Of a stretch of 47,217 nt of DNA, positions 43,435 through 47,217 are shown piece after piece (the stretch's first letter is position 1; each line of letters opens with the position of its first letter). A model generated the notes under the pieces. It ran no database searches. It saw only the letters and a program-made list of their open reading frames with translations, and was not told where the DNA came from. The stretch covers positions 1 through 47,217 of the forward strand of contig JADFPO010000014.1 of assembly GCA_022562295.1 (NCBI GenBank). The letters are read 5' to 3'. Made by a program: the position numbers and the translations under genes. Origin of the DNA: Gemmatimonadota bacterium. GTDB lineage: Bacteria; Gemmatimonadota; Gemmatimonadetes; Gemmatimonadales; GWC2-71-9.

Positions 43435-43518
43435 AGCGTAAGTTAGGTCGCCAGGAGATCACTTCGGAAGGCCGGCCAAACACGACGGATGAACGTAGGA
43501 GTGACGGGACGTCGTCGG

Positions 43519-44025
43519 TTACTGCAGCGGAAGACCAAGTGTAGCCAGGCTGTCCCGGACATCTCCACCCGTGCCATCCGGCACGACGACCCAGATCCGT
43601 TCCAGGTGCTCGACATTCGACTCCGCCAGAGCCGTTTCGAAGAGATCGACGAATCGACGAGGCGTGAGCGAACCGTGAACTGTCCCGAGCATCGGTAAGG
43701 CCAATCGGCGCGTCCGGCGACGTTCAGCCTGGTGAAAGATTTCTTGCAGTGCCGAGACAACCCACTCCTCCCGACACGTCGGCTCTTGGTTGAGGTCGTG
43801 CACGATCGCGAGGAATTGCAGCGGGTTCTTGCCGGTGACCAGAACCGAACCCAGCGGTTGGGCCTCGAAAGTACTGACCTGGCGCAACAAGCTCTCAGGG
43901 TTCTCGTGCGTCTCGCGCGGAGTAGGATCAGCGCTAAGGACCAAAAACGTGTCCTCTTCAAGCGCGACGGCGTCGACGTCGAGTAGTGCGCGGTCCGCAA
44001 TAGGCATGACGAGACCGGGACTCAT
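43519..44025 (-). CDS. hypothetical protein, possibly a divergent macro-domain fold
   Basis: Pattern GSVLVTGKNPLQFLAIVHDL ... RRLALPMLGTVHGSL ... IWVVVP loosely follows the macro-domain layout (G.a.vT..., h-iiH..., iAfPaigTG.gG). No strict motifs verified. Confidence 0.35.
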   Translation of the reverse strand: MSPGLVMPIADRALLDVDAVALEEDTFLVLSADPTPRETHENPESLLRQVSTFEAQPLGSVLVTGKNPLQFLAIVHDLNQEPTCREEWVVSALQEIFHQAERRRTRRLALPMLGTVHGSLTPRRFVDLFETALAESNVEHLERIWVVVPDGTGGDVRDSLATLGLPLQ

Positions 44026-44155
44026 CGTTCGCGGCGGAAGGTACCTCCGAGTGCCGGAGTCTCGTTCCCGCTCATATGCCGGACTGGCGAAGATGGTGAT
44101 CGAATAGATTCAATCTGCGGACCTTCACGGCCATGTTTCTGTGCATGCCCGATAC

Positions 44156-44428
44156 TTAGTCGGTGGGGCCTGTCAGACCCGGGTTTCCACCATGCAAGAG
44201 CCGCTCCGCCGACGCAATCCGCTCCCGCATCTCCAGACTGTCCTCCGCCAACCCTTCAATCTGGCCTCGCAGCTCGGTGATTGCGTTGGTAAGCTGCTCG
44301 ACTTCCTCCGCCGAATCGATTATGCGTCTTCGCATGATCGTCAGCGCTCGGAGCCAGAAGGCGCCGAGCACCCCACCCGAGGCTGCCATCGCGGCAATGA
44401 GTATGTAAACCATCAGGGCGAAATCCAT
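44156..44428 (-). CDS. small membrane-anchored coiled-coil protein
   Basis: 90 aa. Strong RBS GGAGGAGAGG upstream. N-terminal TM segment FALMVYILIAAMAASGGVLGAFWL, then a heptad-like helical segment. Confidence 0.6.
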   Translation of the reverse strand: MDFALMVYILIAAMAASGGVLGAFWLRALTIMRRRIIDSAEEVEQLTNAITELRGQIEGLAEDSLEMRERIASAERLLHGGNPGLTGPTD

Positions 44429-44606
44429 CAGACCTCTCCTCCAGGGCTACCAACCTATGGCACTCACAACTCAACCGGTGATACCGTAACCGTGAATCGG
44501 CGGTCCGACTTCATTTTGTCACGCCCACGTCCGCAAAACGACGTCAGCACGAAACTGGCTTCGTTGGTTTCGGGTTCCTCCGTCAAGCTACGCGAACGCG
44601 TGGGTA

Positions 44607-45512
44607 TCACCGAGCGGAATCTGACACCTCAACCATGCGATCGGTCTGCCCCGTATCCATCGGCGGTGGCATGTCGGGACAAGATTGATCGGACTGCTCA
44701 CCCAGCGTTCTGATATCGATGTAGGTCGCGGTCGCATACGAGGTGAACCCCGGAACCCCGTCGACTACCCGGCTGTCGACCACGTGCGGGAATTCGACGA
44801 ACGCAGAGTACGATTGGCCGCTGTTCAACGTGCCGGCGTGTACCGTAACCTCGGTGGTCCGGAAGGTCACGTAATCGCCCTGAAACGGTAGGCCCGTATG
44901 AAACAAACGCTCACCATGGCAGTCGGCAACAACCACGAAAATCATGTCGTCCACGATGCCACGTGGGTCGGCCCTGCCGTTGGAGTATTCGCTCCACCGC
45001 ACAACGAGATCCTTGGCAGGATCGATCAGGATGGGAGACACCACCGAGCCGTCTTGCTCGAATGAGATCGTGATAGGCGCCGGGATGTCCGTGCGACCTC
45101 CCGGGCCCGCTAGCAACAGCTCGGCGTGTCGCTCGCGTCCATCGGGTGTGCCAAAATCGAACGCGAACGTACCGTTCGGATAGGCTGCATCCACGTCTTC
45201 GAGTGTGTCGAAGTGTCCACCTTCGACGTAGTACGCGTTCTCGCGTTCCTCGTACACCATCGGCGCATCGGGATTGTCGTGGCGCGTGAGTGTCGCGGCG
45301 CTGAGCCCGCCATCGGGCTGCAGGAATATCTCGGAAAAGAAATGATAGTTGAGCAGGGTCAACTCGCCGGAGACGTCTTGCGAGTAATTCGACGACTTCA
45401 CCAGGACGAAGAACGAGATGTTCGATTGGTCGGTACACGCCCATTGCACGAGGCCGAGCAGGGCGAAAGCGAGCCAGGATCGTCTGAGGAGATCTACTTT
45501 ACCGGCTACCAA
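44607..45512 (-). CDS. hypothetical secreted protein
   Basis: 301-aa ORF. N-terminal hydrophobic leader LLRRSWLAFALLGLVQWAC. The track start is TTG, so the start is uncertain. No family recognised. Confidence 0.5.
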   Translation of the reverse strand: MVAGKVDLLRRSWLAFALLGLVQWACTDQSNISFFVLVKSSNYSQDVSGELTLLNYHFFSEIFLQPDGGLSAATLTRHDNPDAPMVYEERENAYYVEGGHFDTLEDVDAAYPNGTFAFDFGTPDGRERHAELLLAGPGGRTDIPAPITISFEQDGSVVSPILIDPAKDLVVRWSEYSNGRADPRGIVDDMIFVVVADCHGERLFHTGLPFQGDYVTFRTTEVTVHAGTLNSGQSYSAFVEFPHVVDSRVVDGVPGFTSYATATYIDIRTLGEQSDQSCPDMPPPMDTGQTDRMVEVSDSAR

Positions 45513-45545
45513 AGAGGGATTCCTACGCCATCAGCCAGTCGCTGC

Positions 45546-46430
45546 TCACGGTTCACCCCCTCCACCCGGTTCACTCAATACACCCGTCCGTTGGAGGAAT
45601 TCGCCGACGTCGACCCAGAAATCATCCCACGATGGCGGGCAATCGTTGTGTTGGCAATCGAGGCTGATCAACTCTGCATTTTCCGCTGCCTCCGACAGCT
45701 CGACCCCGTGCCGGTGTGGGATCACTTCGTCACGTCGGCCGTGAACGATCAACACGGGCCCCGAGAATGAAGCGAGACCGCGGCGATTGTCGAACGGGTC
45801 GAGCACCAAGAACGGCGGCAGGCGATACGCACCCCACGCCATGGCCCCGACACTGCTGAAGGCGGATTGGAGAATGAGGGCGCGAACCGATCGTTCCGCC
45901 GCCAGCGCCACCGCCGGGCCCGCGCCGAGTGAGCGACCCATCGCAACAATTCTTCCTGTGTCGATGTCTGATCGGCTCCCCAACCAGTCGTAGCCCGCAA
46001 TCATAGCCTCCATTATCCTGGCCTGAGTCGGCGTTCCCTCCGACCTGCCATACCCTGGGTACTCCATGAGCAACACACCTATGCCCATTCGTGACAGCGC
46101 ACTCATAGTTGCCGGCCACTCGTCGATCAACTCTGCATTCCCGTGGGTGAAGATGACCGCCGGGTGCGGGGCGGTCCCGTTGCCGCTCGGCACGGGGAGG
46201 TACCAGGCCTCGACGCGTCCGCCGGACGTTGGGAACCACAACTTCTCGAGCCCTCCGACCGAGTCGACCGCGCCGTCGGAGGCCAGACGCATATATGCTC
46301 CTGGAAACAGCAGGCGCCGCTGCATGAGGAAGAACAACGCCGTGTAGGCGAGGTAGACGATGACCGCGATTTTTATCAGAGCCATGGCTCTCTTGGTGAG
46401 ACTGGGGCGCATCGATCGTTCAAACCTCAT
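45546..46430 (-). CDS. alpha/beta hydrolase (membrane-anchored, BEM46/ABHD13-like)
   Basis: N-terminal TM segment ALIKIAVIVYLAYTALFFL. HGNAE, nucleophile elbow GRSLGAG, HGRRDEVIP and a C-terminal QHND (Ser-Asp-His candidates). Confidence 0.75.
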   Translation of the reverse strand: MRFERSMRPSLTKRAMALIKIAVIVYLAYTALFFLMQRRLLFPGAYMRLASDGAVDSVGGLEKLWFPTSGGRVEAWYLPVPSGNGTAPHPAVIFTHGNAELIDEWPATMSALSRMGIGVLLMEYPGYGRSEGTPTQARIMEAMIAGYDWLGSRSDIDTGRIVAMGRSLGAGPAVALAAERSVRALILQSAFSSVGAMAWGAYRLPPFLVLDPFDNRRGLASFSGPVLIVHGRRDEVIPHRHGVELSEAAENAELISLDCQHNDCPPSWDDFWVDVGEFLQRTGVLSEPGGGGEP

Positions 46431-46569
46431 GCTACTGCCCGTGGCACGCTGATTCGACGGAAGCGCGGATGGGAGAAGCTAGCGTGCGAACTCGATCATG
46501 GATACTGCAACCGCAGCGCCCGTGTCACCAAGCAGTGTCGTGGTTCGAGATCGTGCCGAGGATCGGATC

Positions 46570-47217
46570 CTAGCGAGTCTCGACCCGCATCTTTCGCATG
46601 AACGTTTGGCCGTTCATTGTCACATGGATACGGTAGTCGCCGGCGCCGACGAGGGGCGCTTGCTGCCGTCCGCGGAAGCCGGCCCCTCCACCCCCTCCGC
46701 GGCCTCGATTCGGATTCAGCAGCCGGAACAGCGTTCTGGTGTCCAATCCTCCGGCTCCTCCGAAACCACCGCCCGGCCCGCCACGCCCGCCACCCATGCG
46801 CTCACCCGGTCGCTCCACGAACTCACCGCTATCGCCACCCCGGCCGAAACCGCGACCTCCCCGGCCTCCACGACCAAACGGATTGAACGTACCGCCCTCC
46901 GCCTGTGACCTCATCCGCTCGAGCACCCTGGCGTTCATGCCTGCCGCGCCAAGCGAATCGAACACAAAATCCCTTCGGTGCGCAGCGACGACGCTGTCCC
47001 GGCGGCCGGCCGGTGAAAGCGGTTCCGCCGGCGGGCGCGTGCCTCGGAAATCCCAGGTCACGCGGTGAAATCCCGGTGTCGCGGGCCCGTCGAGGGTTCT
47101 CACGGTGTCCCCGTCGGAATTCGTGATCACGATCTGCGCGCGCGGGCCTCGGGCCCCCGGCCCCGGCCCCGCCCCCACCCCTGCCCCCAGCCCTGCCCCC
47201 AGCCCCCCCCGGCCACC
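46570..47217 (-). CDS. C-terminal part of a larger protein (5' end outside the window) with a Gly/Arg-rich low-complexity segment and a terminal beta-sandwich-like domain
   Basis: The reading frame is open to the window edge (no stop in 47179-47217). Contains GRGGRGGRGFGRGG, GGGRGGPGGGFGGAGG and the C-terminal YRIHVTMNGQTFMRKMRVETR. Confidence 0.6.
   Translation of the reverse strand, partial: GGRGGLGAGLGAGVGAGPGPGARGPRAQIVITNSDGDTVRTLDGPATPGFHRVTWDFRGTRPPAEPLSPAGRRDSVVAAHRRDFVFDSLGAAGMNARVLERMRSQAEGGTFNPFGRGGRGGRGFGRGGDSGEFVERPGERMGGGRGGPGGGFGGAGGLDTRTLFRLLNPNRGRGGGGGAGFRGRQQAPLVGAGDYRIHVTMNGQTFMRKMRVETR

Noticed and set aside
44454-44467. Match of cctatggcactcac to the IS subterminal repeat (GTGCCATAGG) plus a GTGAG unit, as a possible solo IS end
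   Set aside because: Only about 10-14 nt match, which is plausible by chance in 47 kb searched on both strands. The rest of the 43-bp inverted repeat is absent.
1-47217. tRNA, rRNA, tmRNA or RNase P genes in the larger intergenic gaps (29951-30148, 33476-33778, 41573-42509, 43362-43518, 44429-44606, 46431-46569)
   Set aside because: No T-loop (GGTTCGAATCC-like) or acceptor-stem patterns and no rRNA-like conserved blocks were seen when reading these gaps on both strands.

Overview
GC-rich bacterial chromosomal segment (hand-sampled stretches are about 62-66% G+C). The gene content (futalosine menaquinone genes, UPF0182, many Tat-exported oxidoreductases) suggests a soil or sediment lineage such as Gemmatimonadota, but that is only a guess. 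Positions 1-27 kb are mostly core genes. They include an SDR, an XerC/D-type recombinase, DedA, ispF and a membrane Ser/Thr kinase. A roughly 17-kb co-directional minus-strand run (26782 down to 9589) carries GNAT, S1/P1 nuclease, UPF0182, carbamate kinase, sucCD, an EIIA-CBS protein, ndk, yceD-rpmF-fabH-fabD-fabG-acpP-fabF, mqnE-mqnA-mqnC and a PurE-like gene. Positions 28-47 kb are more accessory. They hold a periplasmic sugar or glycoside oxidation cluster (DUF1080, NHS-type MFS transporter, two Gfo/Idh/MocA proteins, a GMC flavoprotein with its small Tat subunit, a TIM-barrel isomerase). Interleaved with it are gdh, an M20 peptidase, an IS3-family element, and a 0.94-kb non-coding region with a decayed, lower-GC gene fragment. 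Downstream lies a small group of poorly characterised genes (macro-like, small membrane coiled-coil, secreted hypothetical, alpha/beta hydrolase). Two insertion sequences have definable ends: 2810..4225 with 43-bp terminal inverted repeats, and 35244..36514 (IS3 family with an A7 frameshift site). Three things are not explained by genes. First, phased short tandem repeats (mostly period 7) lie on or directly after the stop codons of many genes, in the sense orientation of the upstream gene. Second, a 46-nt two-hairpin repeat family has five or more copies. Two full copies sit in the same orientation just upstream of gdh and of the GMC operon. Third, the 43-bp IS ends themselves contain GTGAGT heptads. 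I found no rRNA, tRNA or CRISPR array. Function calls come from motif recognition by eye, and no database search was possible.
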